Positions 38,885 to 49,758 of a stretch of DNA of 64,000 nucleotides are shown here, in pieces (positions within the stretch are counted from its first letter, which is position 1; each line of letters starts with the position of its first letter). The translations under genes were made by a program, and so were the position numbers. Under the pieces are notes generated by a model. It did no database searches. It had not been told where the DNA came from and saw only the letters and a list, made by a program, of their open reading frames with translations. This DNA is from Candidatus Aminicenantes bacterium (GTDB lineage Bacteria > Acidobacteriota > Aminicenantia > Aminicenantales > Saccharicenantaceae): assembly GCA_963843505.1 (NCBI GenBank), contig CAWJKR010000013.1, forward strand, positions 146,350-210,349. The letters run 5' to 3'.

Positions 38885-39549
38885 ATGGGGGCCATGGAAA
38901 CGACCGGCCCGATCCCCGTGACGCTCGACGTGAACGAGATCGCCGCGCGGCTGCGGTTCGACCCCGCGAAAGCGGGATTCGAGAGCCTTGACGAGCTCGT
39001 CGCGTTTGCCGAGGGGCTCATCAAGCCGCGGGGCGTCATGTTGATCGCCTATGTCGGGGCGAAGGGAGAGAGGACGGTCGAGGTGGCCGGGGTCACGTTC
39101 GAGAGCCCGATCCTGCGGCAGAACCTGGAGAAGGCCAACAAGGTCTTCCCTTACGTCATCACGATCGGCCCCGAGCTCGAGAGGGCCGCCGCCTCTCAGG
39201 GCGACCTCCTCAGGCAATATTATCTCGAGGAGATGGCCAATATCGCCCTGGAAAAGGCCGCGGCCTGGCTGGCCGCGCAGACTCGAAAAGCGCTACGGCG
39301 TCGGTCCGCTCTCCAACATGAGCCCCGGCTCGCTCGAGGATTGGCCCATCACCGAGCAGACCAAGCTCTTTTCGATGCTTCGGCGATACGGAGCGGACGG
39401 TCGGCGTGCGCTTGACCGACAGCCTGCTCATGATCCCGCGCAAGTCCATCTCCGGGATTCTCTTCCCGTCCGAAGAGGGATTCGTGGCCTGTCAGCTCTG
39501 CGACCGGGAGCGCTGCCAAGGCCGGAAGGCCCCATACTCAGGGGGCTGA
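38885..39549 (+). CDS. Stand-alone protein resembling the methionine-synthase activation (AdoMet-binding) domain, one frameshift
   Basis: ORF 38885..39415 (LRQYYLEEMANIALEKAAAWLA) continues in 39051..39653 and a third frame (YGVGPLSNMSPGSLEDWPITEQTKLFSML...GVRLTDSLLMIPRKSISGILFPSEEGFVACQLCDRERCQGRKAPY). The stop at 39549 comes from my own translation. Confidence 0.5.
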
Positions 39550-41100
39550 TCATTTCATTTGATTATGCGGGCTCTTCTCCCGCATCAGCTTCTCGATCTC
39601 GGCGATCTCCTTGGGGACGCGGCCCGATAGGATCTCGTTCCCGGTGTCCGTGATCAGGACATCGTCCTCGATGCGGACGCCCATGCCCGCGTATTTCTTG
39701 TAGACCGGGCCGGCCTTCTCCCGGAAGGCCGCCAGCTCCGCGTCCGGGACCTTGCCCTTGAGCGCGTCGAGAAAGGCGTCGAACCGCACCTCGGGGAAAT
39801 ACAGCCCCGGCTCCATGGTCATGACCATGCCCGGGGCCATGGCGACCTTGTCGAGGCGAGGGCTGTGCCAGTTCCAGACGTCATGGACGTCGAGCCCGAT
39901 GCCGTGGCCGAATCCGTGCTGGATGTAAAGGCGCCTCTGCCATGGGCTCTTGACGTCAGTGACGAGGCCCAGCTTCTCCAGCCCCGCCATCAGGATGTCC
40001 TCGACTTCGGTCTGGACGGCCTTGAACGTGACGCCCGGGACGAGCTTGGCGCAGCCGGCCTTCTCGGCCTCGAGAACGAGAGCGTAGAGCTCCCGCTGCT
40101 CCTTCGTGAAGCGCCCTTTCGCCGGGATCGTCCGGCTGATATCGGACGTGTAGCCACGGATCCAGGCGCCGACGTCGAAGACGACGAGGTCGCCCGCCGC
40201 GAGGGGACGGGCCGTCGCCCCGAAGTGGACGTTGGTCGAGTTCGGCCCGGAGGCGGCCTGGAGGAACGAGTCCTCCGTTTCCCGCTTGTCGAACGCGTAC
40301 CTGAGGATCGCCGCCAGATCGACCTCGCGCATCCCGGGTTCGGCCGCCCGGAACGCCTCGTTGAGGGCTTCGGCCGTGAGATCGATGGCCTCGCGCAGAG
40401 CGGCGATCTCATCGGCGTCCTTGGTCAGGCGCAGCTCCGAGAGGGTCGGGTCGACGTTGAGGATGGCGTCGGATTGGGTGAGGGGGTTGGGAAGGCCCGA
40501 GCCGCCGAAGGTGCGGGCCAGGAAATCGAAGTCGGAGAAGGGGAGAAAGACCCGCTTGGCGCGTCCGGATCGGATCAAACCGAAAAGGACGGAAGACAGC
40601 TGCGTCTGAGGTTTCTCGACGATCCCCTTGGCAGGCTCCTGCTGCCGCGGCCTGGGTCCCGCCCCCGGCGGCCGGCGCGGCGGTCACTTCAGGCCCGCCC
40701 GACCCGGCCATCGCGACGACGCCTCCCCGGGCCCCGGGACCGCCGCCCGTCCGCCGGAAGATCGTCTCGCGCGGGCTTCCCGCCCGGATCGAGGACGAGG
40801 ACCGCATCGGCTTCCTTGAGGCCGGTGAGGTAAAGGAAATTGAGGTTATCTCGCATTCCGCCGCGGGTCTCATACTGGGAGGGGATGATGATGACGCGCG
40901 TCCTTATGGATCTCCATCAGCCTGGCCCGTCGCGCGGCGACGGCCGGGGCGTTGGCGGCGTCGAGCGAAGCGCCGGGGCGGCCGGGCTGATCTTGAGCGG
41001 ATCGGGGGGCGGCCCAGAGACTGGCCGCGAGGGCCAGGGCGAAAAACCAGCCTATGAATAGGGCCGAGCTCGCTTTCGGATGATTCGTTCTTGTCTTCAT
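39550..41100 (-). CDS. Secreted Xaa-Pro aminopeptidase (M24B, PepP-like), frameshifted in the N-terminal half
   Basis: ORF 39550..40578 contains LRLTKDADEIAALREAIDLT, VVFDVGAWIRGYTSDISRT, HGFGHGIGLDVHD, MVMTMEPGLY and GVRIEDDVLIT. The signal peptide is in 40870..41100 (FIGWFFALALAASLWA). Confidence 0.85.
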
Positions 41101-41149
41101 GATTCCTCTTTATGTCCCAAGACCTTCAGATCATAATCCCAAGAAGGGG

Positions 41150-42372
41150 TCAGGTCCACTCTAACTCGATCTTCTCGATGACCTTGCCGGTGGCCTTGTC
41201 CTTCAGGATCCGCTTGACGCGGCCGTCGGGGAGGCGCTCGGTTTTGATCGCGATGAAACCGGCTTTCCGGGCTTCCCCCGGCCTTTCCCCTGGTTTCCCC
41301 CCGTTTTGGCCTCCTGGGGCCTCCCAGGGGCCTTAAAAGCGAGCTTCACGGCCTCCCAGCGGCCCGACCTCATCGATCTGTAGCAGGCGTCGATGATGGC
41401 ATTGACGACATACCCGTCGTGGAACGTCTCCACCGGCTCCCGGCCCGCCTCCATGGCGTCGAGCATGTCCTGGAACATGTGGATGTAGCCGAGCTCATGG
41501 GCCTCGTCGCCGACCGGGAAGAGCCAGCCCGTCCGGCCTTCGGCTTTTTCCGCGACGTACCCGCCTTCGCCCGCGGCGGTGAACATCTCGAAGCCCGTGC
41601 GAAGGAAATGATCGAGGCGGATCGTGCCCTCGGTGCCGCTGACCTCGTCCCGCAGGTCCATGCCGCCCCGGAACGTCCAGCTGACCTCGAACTGGCTGAT
41701 CGCGCCGCCCTCGTACTCGACGAGCCCGATGGCGTGGTCCTCGGCCTTGATCGGGTGGACCTGGGTCGCGCCCCAGCAAAAGGCCCGGAGCGGCCGCTTG
41801 TCCTTGCCGATGAACGAACGGCCGATCTCGATGCAATGACAGCCCATGTCGATGATCGCGCCTCCGCCCGATCGCTCCGCGTCCCAGAACCAGGCGCTGT
41901 GGGGCCCGGGATGGGTTTCGCGCGAGCGCGTCCAGAGGATGCGGCCCATCGCGCCGTTGCGCGTCGAGGCGAGGGCCTTGAGGGTTTTCGGCGTGTAGAC
42001 GAGATCCTCGAGATAGCCGGCGAAGACTCCCGCCTTCTCCACGGCCTCGAGCATCTCTTGCGCCTCGGCGGCCGTCCGTCCGAGCGGTTTCGTGCACAGG
42101 ACGGCCTTTCCGGCCTCCGCGGCGAGCTTGACCGCCTCCCGATGCATATCGTTGGGGAGCCCGATGACGACGATCTCCGAGCCGGAATTCCGGACGGCGT
42201 CCCGAAGGTCCGAGGTCCAGCGCTCGATCCCGTGCTCCGCCGCGAACGCCTTGGCCCTTTCCGGAGACCGCGAATAGACATTGACCACCCGGTCGCGGCT
42301 CCGCAGCCCATGGAGCGTCTGCGTGTAGAAGGTCCCGATAAGCCCCGTTCCGAGCATCGTGATCTTGGCCAT
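41150..42372 (-). CDS. Gfo/Idh/MocA-family oxidoreductase; C-terminus ambiguous
   Basis: [20 protein letters not shown]...[19 protein letters not shown]. An in-frame stop lies at 41203 after a low-complexity tail. A more protein-like end ([36 protein letters not shown], stop 41150) is in another frame. Confidence 0.75.
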
Positions 42373-42597
42373 GCCGGCTCCTGCGGAGGACTGCCCTATT
42401 AATCCCTCCCTTTATAGCCCGTCGGCGCTCGATTCTCAAGTCCAAAAAATGCTGGACTTTCAGGATGATGTTGATTATTCTTGGCCCAAGGAAAAGACAC
42501 CTGGGGCGCTGGAATTCCTCCGTGTCCGAGGGGAATTCATATTGGCATAAATAGCTCGTGATTCTGTCTCTCATCATGGGACAGAAAGGAGGGGAAA

Positions 42598-42894
42598 ATG
42601 TCTCATCGCTTCTTGGGGTGTCTTGTCATTGGCGCGGTTCTCCTGGCCGGAGCCTCTTGCACCCGGCTGGGCGAGCCGGGGGAGGGAGAACAGGCCCTCG
42701 CCCTGCAGACCCTGACGAAAACGGATTCCATCCCCGCAGCATGGGGAAAGCTGGTGTCCGTAAGCAGCAGCCCGGGCATCGCCGACCTGGTCCAGCTATG
42801 GTTCCAGGACGATGCGGGGATCATCAGGATGGCCCACTATAACGTGAAGACCAATCTCCTTTCGAAACAAGTCCGGGCGATCGGCCGCGATTAG
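42598..42894 (+). CDS. Small lipoprotein, unknown function
   Basis: 98-aa ORF with RBS AAAGGAGGGG and lipobox VLLAGASC. Confidence 0.55.
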   Translation: MSHRFLGCLVIGAVLLAGASCTRLGEPGEGEQALALQTLTKTDSIPAAWGKLVSVSSSPGIADLVQLWFQDDAGIIRMAHYNVKTNLLSKQVRAIGRD

Positions 42895-42903
42895 AGGATC
42901 AAG

Positions 42904-43128
42904 ATGAAGAATATGGAAAGCATCATTCGGCGCGCCTTCTTTTATGGCGCTTTCGTCGTCGCGGCGGTCGCGGTGATCGAGAAGATCGCGAATATCATGA
43001 AATACACGCTGTTCAAGGGGATTCCAGAGCCCAGCCGACTCCTCGAGTACGCGGCTATCGGTCTCCTCTTCGCGATCGCCATGCAACTGCACCAGATCCG
43101 GCTGCTGCTGAGCGCGAAGCCCAAGTAG
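42904..43128 (+). CDS. Small two-helix membrane protein, unknown function
   Basis: 74-aa ORF 9 nt after the previous stop. Hydrophobic segments FFYGAFVVAAVAVI and AAIGLLFAIAMQL. Confidence 0.45.
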   Translation: MKNMESIIRRAFFYGAFVVAAVAVIEKIANIMKYTLFKGIPEPSRLLEYAAIGLLFAIAMQLHQIRLLLSAKPK

Positions 43129-43160
43129 ACCGGACCCGCGGGAGGGCACGAGGCCGGGCT

Positions 43161-44851
43161 TCAGCGCGGCGCCTTCACGAACGCGATCCCCGCCGCCCGG
43201 CCGACGCTGACGGTGAAGCCGCTCACGCGTCCGCCCCTGCCGCGCGCGAACTCGATGTTCAGCCCGTAGCCGGGGACCGTGAACTTGTCCGGGGCCATGG
43301 CCTTGAGCTCGGCCCGCGGCGTGTCCCTCGTCTTGAGCACGAGCTTGTCCTTGTCGACGCTGATCAGGTACTTGGCGTCGAGAAGCTCTTCGCTCATGTA
43401 AGCTCCCGCGTATTCCGTCAGCGCCGCCGCCCCTGTCGCCGTGAGCGGGGCCGCCTTGGCGAAGCGATACTCTTGCGCCTTGCCGACGGCCATGTGCGCC
43501 GTCGCCGGCCTCCCTTTCTCCGCCGCCTTGAATGCGATCTCGATGTCCGCCCTCCCCGGGACCACGAACTTGCCCGGCCCGGCCGGCTTGAGGGCGAAAT
43601 TCCGGGCGCCCATGGCCGCCATGAGCTGACTCTCCTTCAGCGTCATCGTCAGCCAGAGGCCGAAGCGGTCGTCCTGCCAATTGCCGACGAGGGCCTCGAG
43701 CTCGGCCTTGGGGACGGTCATTCCGGCTTCTTCCTGTGCCGGCACTCCCTCCTCGCTCTCCTTCTTCGCCTCTTCCTTCGGCGGCTCCTTCAGCTGCCCC
43801 GCCAAATAGATATCCGCCACCCGGAAGGCCAGGCCCGACGGATCGATGTCGTCGAGATTGGCCAGGATGATGACCGAGAACCTCTGCTCGGGGAAGCGCA
43901 CCAGCGCCGCCCTGAATCCCACCCAGGCCCCGCCGTGCTCGACGACCTTGAGGCCCTTGTACTCGCTGACGACGAGCCCCCAGGCGTAATCGATCGCTTC
44001 GCCCGAGTTGAGAACGCCCGTCGTTTGGAGCATGTCCATCAGGTCCTTCCCGAGCGCGCCTGTATAGAACGCCTGGTCCCAGAGATAGAGGTCCCTCACG
44101 GTCGTGTAGACGTTGCCGTCGCCGGTCTCGTCCCAGTTGCTCATGTTGATCTTGAAGCCGCCGTCGCTCCGGGTGTATCCCGTCGCCCGGTCCTTGATGA
44201 TCTGCGTGTGATCGTCCTGAAAGAGCGTCCTGGTCATGCCCAGCGGCCTGAAGATCCGTTCCTGGGCGAAGGCGTTGAGCGACTTCCCGCTGACCCGCTC
44301 GACGATCTGGCTGAGGAGGAAGAAGCCGCTATTGGTGTAAGAATATTCCTCGCCCGGCAGGTAGTTGAGCTTCTTCTGGCGCCGGATGATCTCGACGCGC
44401 CTCCTCGACGGTGGGCGAATCCGACGTCCGCCCGGAAGCCGGCCAGCTCGAGCAGGGCGTTATAGTCGCGGAGCCCGCTCGTGTGATGGAGGAGGTGGCT
44501 CACGGTCACCGGCTTCTCGTAGGCGGGCATCTCCGGCAGGTACTTGCGGATGTCGTCGTCGAGCCCGACCTTGCCCTCCCGGATGAGCATGGCCACGCAC
44601 GCCGCCGTGAACTGCTTCGAGACCGAGCCGATGTCGAAGATCTTGTCCGGCGCGTTGACGATGCCGTCCTCGAGCTTGGCCATGCCGTAGCCGCGCTCGT
44701 AGACGATCTTGCCGTCCTTGATCACGGCCAGCGTCGCGCCGGGCGACGTCGTCTTGTCCCAGGCGGCGAAGAGCTTGTCGACCTTGTTCGTCGTCTCGTC
44801 CGCCCCGGGAAGGGCAGGGGAGGCCGCGGCGAGACAGCCAGGGTCAGCCAC
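43161..44851 (-). CDS. Beta-lactamase-related serine hydrolase (class C/PBP4-like) with C-terminal extension, frameshifted
   Basis: ORF 44234..44851 contains LAVIKDGKIVYERGYG, the SxxK motif FDIGSVSKQFTAACV and HLLHHTSGL. ORF 43161..44237 continues the protein. The signal peptide and start were not resolved. Confidence 0.75.
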
Positions 44852-44976
44852 GCATCAGCATTCCGAAGATGTGCCTGACATGGGCCTCCTGACTGCGGGT
44901 CTGCTCATTTCCCGGCCTGCCATGCGATCCCCCATCTTACTCCGGCGACGATAATTCACAAGGGGCGGGCCTCGAC

Positions 44977-45006
44977 TTGACAAATCCCTTTTCTTATGAA
45001 TAATTT
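44977..45006 (+). promoter_or_regulatory. Candidate sigma70 promoter for the HTH-TPR gene
   Basis: Perfect TTGACA (44977-44982), then a 17-18-nt spacer and ATAATT/TAATTT (45000-45006). It lies ~40 nt upstream of the ATG at 45048. Confidence 0.4.
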
Positions 45007-45047
45007 ATAGCTAGCAAAAGCGAATCTTCCCTCTCGGGGATAGGCCG

Positions 45048-46893
45048 ATGAGCGCGCGCGAGGTCCTCCAGTCCTGGAAGGAGATCGCCGCCTACCTCGG
45101 CCGCGACGTCCGCACCTGCCGCCGCTGGGAGGAGCACCTCGGCCTTCCCATCCACCGCCTCAACGGCTCGCGCCGGGCCCGCGTCCTCGCTTACAAGGAC
45201 GAGATCGACTGGTGGCTGGAGACGAAGCTCCACGAGCGCGACTCCGCCGCCTCGCCTGGCGCTCCCGGCCTCCGCGCCCCTCCGCCGCGGCCCCCGTCGT
45301 GTCGATCCATCTCCCCCTTCCGCCGCTGGTACGCCCTGATCGCGTTCACGGCCTTCTCCGTCATCGCCGTCCTCGGCTGGCGCACGATCTCCAACGGCCG
45401 TCCCCGCTTCGTCCCGAGCGGCAGCCGGCCGACGCTCGCCGTCCTGCCCTTCGTCAACGGCACGGGCGACGAAGGCCTCAACTATCTCCGGGAGTCCCTC
45501 CCCGACCATCTGGTCCGCGATCTCCAGCGGAGCTCCGAGCTCCTGACCGTCTACAGCTTCGACGTCGTGACCGACGCCGTGCGCAAGCTCGGCCTCGAGC
45601 CGGGCGCGTCGCTCACGTCCGAGGACCTCGCCGCCGTCTCGGCCAGGACCGGGGCGGACTGGTTCCTCATCGGCTCTCTCTCCCGGGCCGGGTCGAAGAT
45701 CCGCATCGATTACGAGCTCCGCGGACCGCGAGGCCGCCGAACCCATCAAGACGGACCGCCTGCCCGGGACCGAGGCCGAGATCGCGGTCCTCGAGGACCG
45801 CGTCGCCGACGGTGTCCGACGGGCTTTCGGCGTTCCCGACCTCGGCCGGGCCCGAGGCTCTGGCGCCCTGTTCGGTGCAGGCCACCCGCTTCTACGAAAC
45901 GGCCCGGGCGATCGAGCGCAGATATACGGTCTCATCTCGATCCGGCCGACCTCGAGAAGATCATCGGCCTCTTCGACCAGGCCCGCGAAGCCGATCCCGG
46001 CTGCCCCCTGGCCTATATCGGCCTGGGCGACGCTTTCCAGCATCGGTTCGTCTACGAGGGCTCGGGCCCGGAGGTCCTGCGGCTCATGGAGGAGAACTAT
46101 CGCCGGGCCTACGAGATGGCCCCGGACCGGGCCGAGACCCACGTCGGTCTGGCCTGGGTCCACTTTTTCAAGCGAGACAACGATCAGGCCTATGCGTTCC
46201 TCAAGAAAGCCGTGACGCTCGATCCGTCGAGCCTCCACGTCCTGACTTCGAGACCGGGGCCTTCCTCCGGAGCATCGGGATGCTGGAAAGGGCCGCCGAG
46301 TACTTCACGAGGGTCATCCAGGCCGGGGGAACGACGGCGGACGTCTTCATGCTCCGGGCCTGGACCTATGAGCAGATGGGACTTTATGAGTCGGCGCTTG
46401 ACGACTTCGACAAGATGATCGAGCTCGAGCCGGCCGACTTCCGGCCGCGCTGCTACCGGGCCCGGGTGCTCATCCTGATGAAGCGCTACGACGCGGCGGC
46501 GGCCGAGCTGGCGACGGCCGAGACGCTCGAACCGGGCGACCCCTACATCGGGCTCGTGAAGGCCCTGGCCGCGGCCGCGGGACGGGGACAAGAAGATCCG
46601 CCCTGGCCGCGATCGAGGCGGCCCGGGACGCGAGCCGTCCGACGAGGGGCACGTATTACCGGTCGCGGGTCTTCGCCGCGCTCGGCATGCTCGACGAGGC
46701 CGTCGCTACGATCGAATCGGGCATCGACCGGGGCTTCGAGGACGTCTACGACTACCTCTATTTCTTCCCCTTCCTCAACAACACGCGCGATTACTTCTAT
46801 GACAAGCTGAGGGACGATCCCCGCTTCGCCGAGATCCTGAGGCTCGAAGAGCGCAAGTACGCCGAGAAGCTCGAGAAGTACAACGGGCTGTAG
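45048..46893 (+). CDS. HTH-domain protein with TM segment, TolB-N-like region and TPR repeats, frameshifted
   Basis: N-terminus SWKEIAAYLGRDVRTCRRWEEHLGLPIHRL, TM WYALIAFTAFSVIAVLGW, then LAVLPFVNGTGDEGLNYL. TPR-like segments appear in 45048..46418, 45212..46810 and 46687..46893. At least 4 frame changes. Confidence 0.65.
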
Positions 46894-46964
46894 ATCCGGG
46901 GCTTTTCTCCCCTCTGGAAGATTTCCAGCCTCCTCCCGTCTAATAGGATACGGAGGAACAGGCG

Positions 46965-47327
46965 GTGAAACTGGAACTTGACCCCAAGAAGACGCTGGTC
47001 GTCGCCCTGACCGCGCTCGTTCTGATCTTCGCGGTCTGGCTCGTTTCGCCTTTCTTCCGCCTCACCGAAGAGACCGAGGCCCACGGCGCCGTCAACAGCT
47101 ATCGGCTCTTCATCGGCCTCATGATCATGATCGGGTTCGTCGGGAAATCGCTCTGGGACGTGCTCGCGCCTCAGGGCCTGGCCAAGAAGGTCTCGAACGC
47201 CAAGGCCATCGCCCTCGTCGCCCTGGCCATCATCGTCATGGGCTTCGTCGTCTTCACGGTCGCCCGGGCCCTGTCCTTCTACCTCGATTCATCGATCGCC
47301 TCCGACGCGTCCCAGTTCCTGCCATAA
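46965..47327 (+). CDS. Small membrane protein, unknown function
   Basis: 120-aa ORF with an alternative start and 3 hydrophobic helices. Confidence 0.4.
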   Translation: MKLELDPKKTLVVALTALVLIFAVWLVSPFFRLTEETEAHGAVNSYRLFIGLMIMIGFVGKSLWDVLAPQGLAKKVSNAKAIALVALAIIVMGFVVFTVARALSFYLDSSIASDASQFLP

Positions 47328-47402
47328 GGAGCTATTCGCGGGGATGGGCATCCCTGACAAGACAGTCACCCTCTGGACCGGGGAGCAGGCTGGGTTCTTA
47401 TT

Positions 47403-48038
47403 TCAGGGACGGCTTTTTCTGCGGCGTATCGGCTGGAGATCTTTGGCGGTTCCGCCAAGCCGGGATAACTTTCTGCCGGCCTCGCGAGTCAACTCGGACA
47501 CGAGCTCATCGAATTTGCTGAGGAAACCGCCGTCAATGGACTTATCGAAATCCGAGAGCCAGCTCTCAATGTGATCTCTGTCATAACCCGGGTTCTTCAG
47601 GAGGATCGCCCTAACGTCCTCGATATCCCTCGCCCTTCCGGCCACTATTTTGTGGATGACAAGATCTTCGAGCGACGCGAACCGGACAGATATCTCATCA
47701 AACTTCGCAATATGGGCTCGCTCGATGGCCGCCCTTTCGAACGGCGAGAAGGAAAAAACGAAATCAACGCGGATGCCGTTCTTTGGATCCGTCGCGGGAA
47801 GGACCATTGTGTCCTTGACGAACGAATCCACATCGTCGGCTTCGATGCTCAATCCCAACGTGCGTACCGTGTCTTTGATAACAGACAACTTTTCAATGCC
47901 CACTCCGAGGGTGATGTCAATGTCTTTTGTGAGCCGGGGTTCGCCGTAAATGAGGACGGCCTGCCCGCCGATGATCATGTAGGGAATTCCGCGGTTCGAA
48001 AGCTCCGCGGCGATCCTCTTAATCAGCTCTTTGAACAC
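47403..48038 (-). CDS. Minimal nucleotidyltransferase-fold protein (toxin/antitoxin-associated NTase type)
   Basis: Intact 211-aa ORF in a locally lower-GC stretch. NTase signature IPYMIIGGQAVLIYGEPRLTKDIDITL. Confidence 0.55.
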   Translation of the reverse strand: MFKELIKRIAAELSNRGIPYMIIGGQAVLIYGEPRLTKDIDITLGVGIEKLSVIKDTVRTLGLSIEADDVDSFVKDTMVLPATDPKNGIRVDFVFSFSPFERAAIERAHIAKFDEISVRFASLEDLVIHKIVAGRARDIEDVRAILLKNPGYDRDHIESWLSDFDKSIDGGFLSKFDELVSELTREAGRKLSRLGGTAKDLQPIRRRKSRP

Positions 48039-48227
48039 AATTCACCACTTTGGCGATCCGGATCTTGAGATCGATCCCTTCGAGGGGGTCTTTGGGAGGC
48101 AGTGCGCCAAGCATCACGGCCTCTTCGTAAAGGGCATCGAGGATCCGGAGATTCTGTTCGACGTCGACCTTCCCGGCCGGATCCTTGCCGCTTCGAAAGC
48201 CTGAAGCCTCTTTGAATTCTTGATCAT
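48019..48227 (-). CDS. Small partner ORF upstream of the NTase gene (about 68 aa, one frameshift)
   Basis: My translation gives MIKNSKRLQAFEAA... then KDPAGKVDVEQNLRILDALYEEAVMLGALPPKDPLEGIDLKIRIAKVVNCVQRAD*. It overlaps the NTase start by 20 nt. Confidence 0.4.
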
Positions 48228-48338
48228 TGGAGTGACGATTCTAAGTTGATTATACCACAAGAATGCCCCCCTGCGGATGGCCTAAATTATTTTATATGTT
48301 CAACTTGTAGGAACCGCCAAAAGTCGATGGTGAAGGCC

Positions 48339-49346
48339 CTATTGTACGCTCGATTTGTTAGCTTGGCGCAATCTCGAGCGGCTGATGATGACGATGTTCT
48401 TGATGAGGTCGACGGCGATGATCAGGGCGACGAAGAGAAGCGTGATGAGGATCGTGTTCTTCGCCCACGATGCGACCTTGGGCGGGTGCTTCTGAAGCTT
48501 CTCGGCGATCTCGGCGACGAAGAGATTGTCGAGGGGCTGGGTCAGGATCAGGCCGATGAGGGCGAGCGAGATCGTGTTCGAAACGACGTCGACCCAGCGC
48601 GAGCGGGTGACAAGCTTGACGAGGAGCGCCATGGTCGAGACGGCGAACATGGCGATGACGATGAGGGAGATGCGACGGCCGGGGCCCGGCGTGAAGAGCG
48701 GCCGCAGGTCGTCCCAATCCAGGTTGATAAAGAAGATGGTCTGGTGCCTGGCGAAGAGATAGAGCGCGAAGTCGGTGACGGCCAGCATGATGACCGCCCC
48801 GACGGCCGTCGCGATGCGGCTCAGCCAGAAGTTCTTGGCCGGGGGCTTGATCTCGTCGAGGTCGATCCCGAACTTGGGCCAGGGGAGCTTGACGTCCTTG
48901 CCGCTCTGGGTGATGAAATAGAGGACGAGAGCGACCGCGCCGAGGTCGGTGAGGAAGGCCGCCGGCAGGTACATCAGGGCGTCGATGAAGCTGAGGCGGG
49001 GCATGTAGAGGAGAGGGAAAAGGACGAGCTCCTTCTTCAGGAAGACGGCGAGAACGGTCAGCGCGGCGTGGAGGGCGAAGAGGAGCGAGGTGTAGCGGAC
49101 GAGGAAGCGCTTGTAGGCCGGGGCGATGATCGGCCGGCTTTCGTCGAGGTATCTTTCGGCGACCTTGCGGGCCGGGCCGAAGGCGGCGATGGCCTTTTCG
49201 ACGGCGGCGTCGGTGAATTCGCCGGGTCCCTCGGCGGCCTTCTCCGTGATGTGGCTGCGGATCTCGGTCAGGATCTCCTCCCGTTCGGCCCGGCCGGAGA
49301 GGAAGTGGCTGATCTCTTCGAGATAGGCTTCGAGCTTGTCAGACAT
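48339..49346 (-). CDS. Membrane protein of the DUF1700/HAAS type, partner of PadR
   Basis: MSDKLEAYLEEISHFLSGRAEREEILTEIRSHITEKA, followed by 6 or more TM helices. The start overlaps the PadR stop (ATGTCTGA). Confidence 0.6.
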   Translation of the reverse strand: MSDKLEAYLEEISHFLSGRAEREEILTEIRSHITEKAAEGPGEFTDAAVEKAIAAFGPARKVAERYLDESRPIIAPAYKRFLVRYTSLLFALHAALTVLAVFLKKELVLFPLLYMPRLSFIDALMYLPAAFLTDLGAVALVLYFITQSGKDVKLPWPKFGIDLDEIKPPAKNFWLSRIATAVGAVIMLAVTDFALYLFARHQTIFFINLDWDDLRPLFTPGPGRRISLIVIAMFAVSTMALLVKLVTRSRWVDVVSNTISLALIGLILTQPLDNLFVAEIAEKLQKHPPKVASWAKNTILITLLFVALIIAVDLIKNIVIISRSRLRQANKSSVQ

Positions 49347-49644
49347 GGGATATCTCCTTGGTGATCTCATCGAGGACGCGGTTCTGGTTCTTCCAGACTT
49401 CGAGAAGGCCGGCGCGCAGGGCGCGGCCCGCGGCGGTGATGGCGTAGAACTTGCGGGGCCTGTCCTCGGTCAGGTCCCACTTCGAGGCGATCCAGCCGTT
49501 CTTCTCGAGCCGGCGGAGAAGGGGATAGAGGGTGTTCTCCTCGACCTTGTAGCCCAGGGTCTCGATGTGCTTGACCATGGCATAGCCGTACATGTCCTTT
49601 TCGAGAAGGGCCAGGACGAGGATGTGGAGGAACCCCCGGTTCAT
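49339..49644 (-). CDS. PadR-family transcriptional regulator
   Basis: FLHILVLALLEKDMYGYAMVKHIETLGYKVEENTLYPLLRRLEKNGWIASKWDLTEDRPRKFYAITAAGR. Confidence 0.85.
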   Translation of the reverse strand: MNRGFLHILVLALLEKDMYGYAMVKHIETLGYKVEENTLYPLLRRLEKNGWIASKWDLTEDRPRKFYAITAAGRALRAGLLEVWKNQNRVLDEITKEISHV

Positions 49645-49730
49645 CTCCGTTACGAGGCTGCCGATGTCGGGTGGCCTGCAACCGCGGAATGTTGTGTTTT
49701 GTCGGTCATGATGTGTATCTCACTATATCG

Positions 49731-49758
49731 TGTAATATACAATAGTGTATAATACACT
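49731..49758. promoter_or_regulatory. Two TGTA..TACA palindromes upstream of padR (candidate PadR operator)
   Basis: TGTAATATACA (49731-49741) and the perfect 15-bp palindrome AGTGTATAATACACT (49744-49758), which also contains TATAAT. Confidence 0.4.

Noticed and set aside
41203-41340. Low-complexity Gly/Lys/Pro tail ([25 protein letters not shown]...) as a genuine C-terminal extension of the Gfo/Idh/MocA protein
   Set aside because: A different frame gives a more protein-like ending ([36 protein letters not shown]). The tail is probably a frameshift product. It is left as ambiguous.
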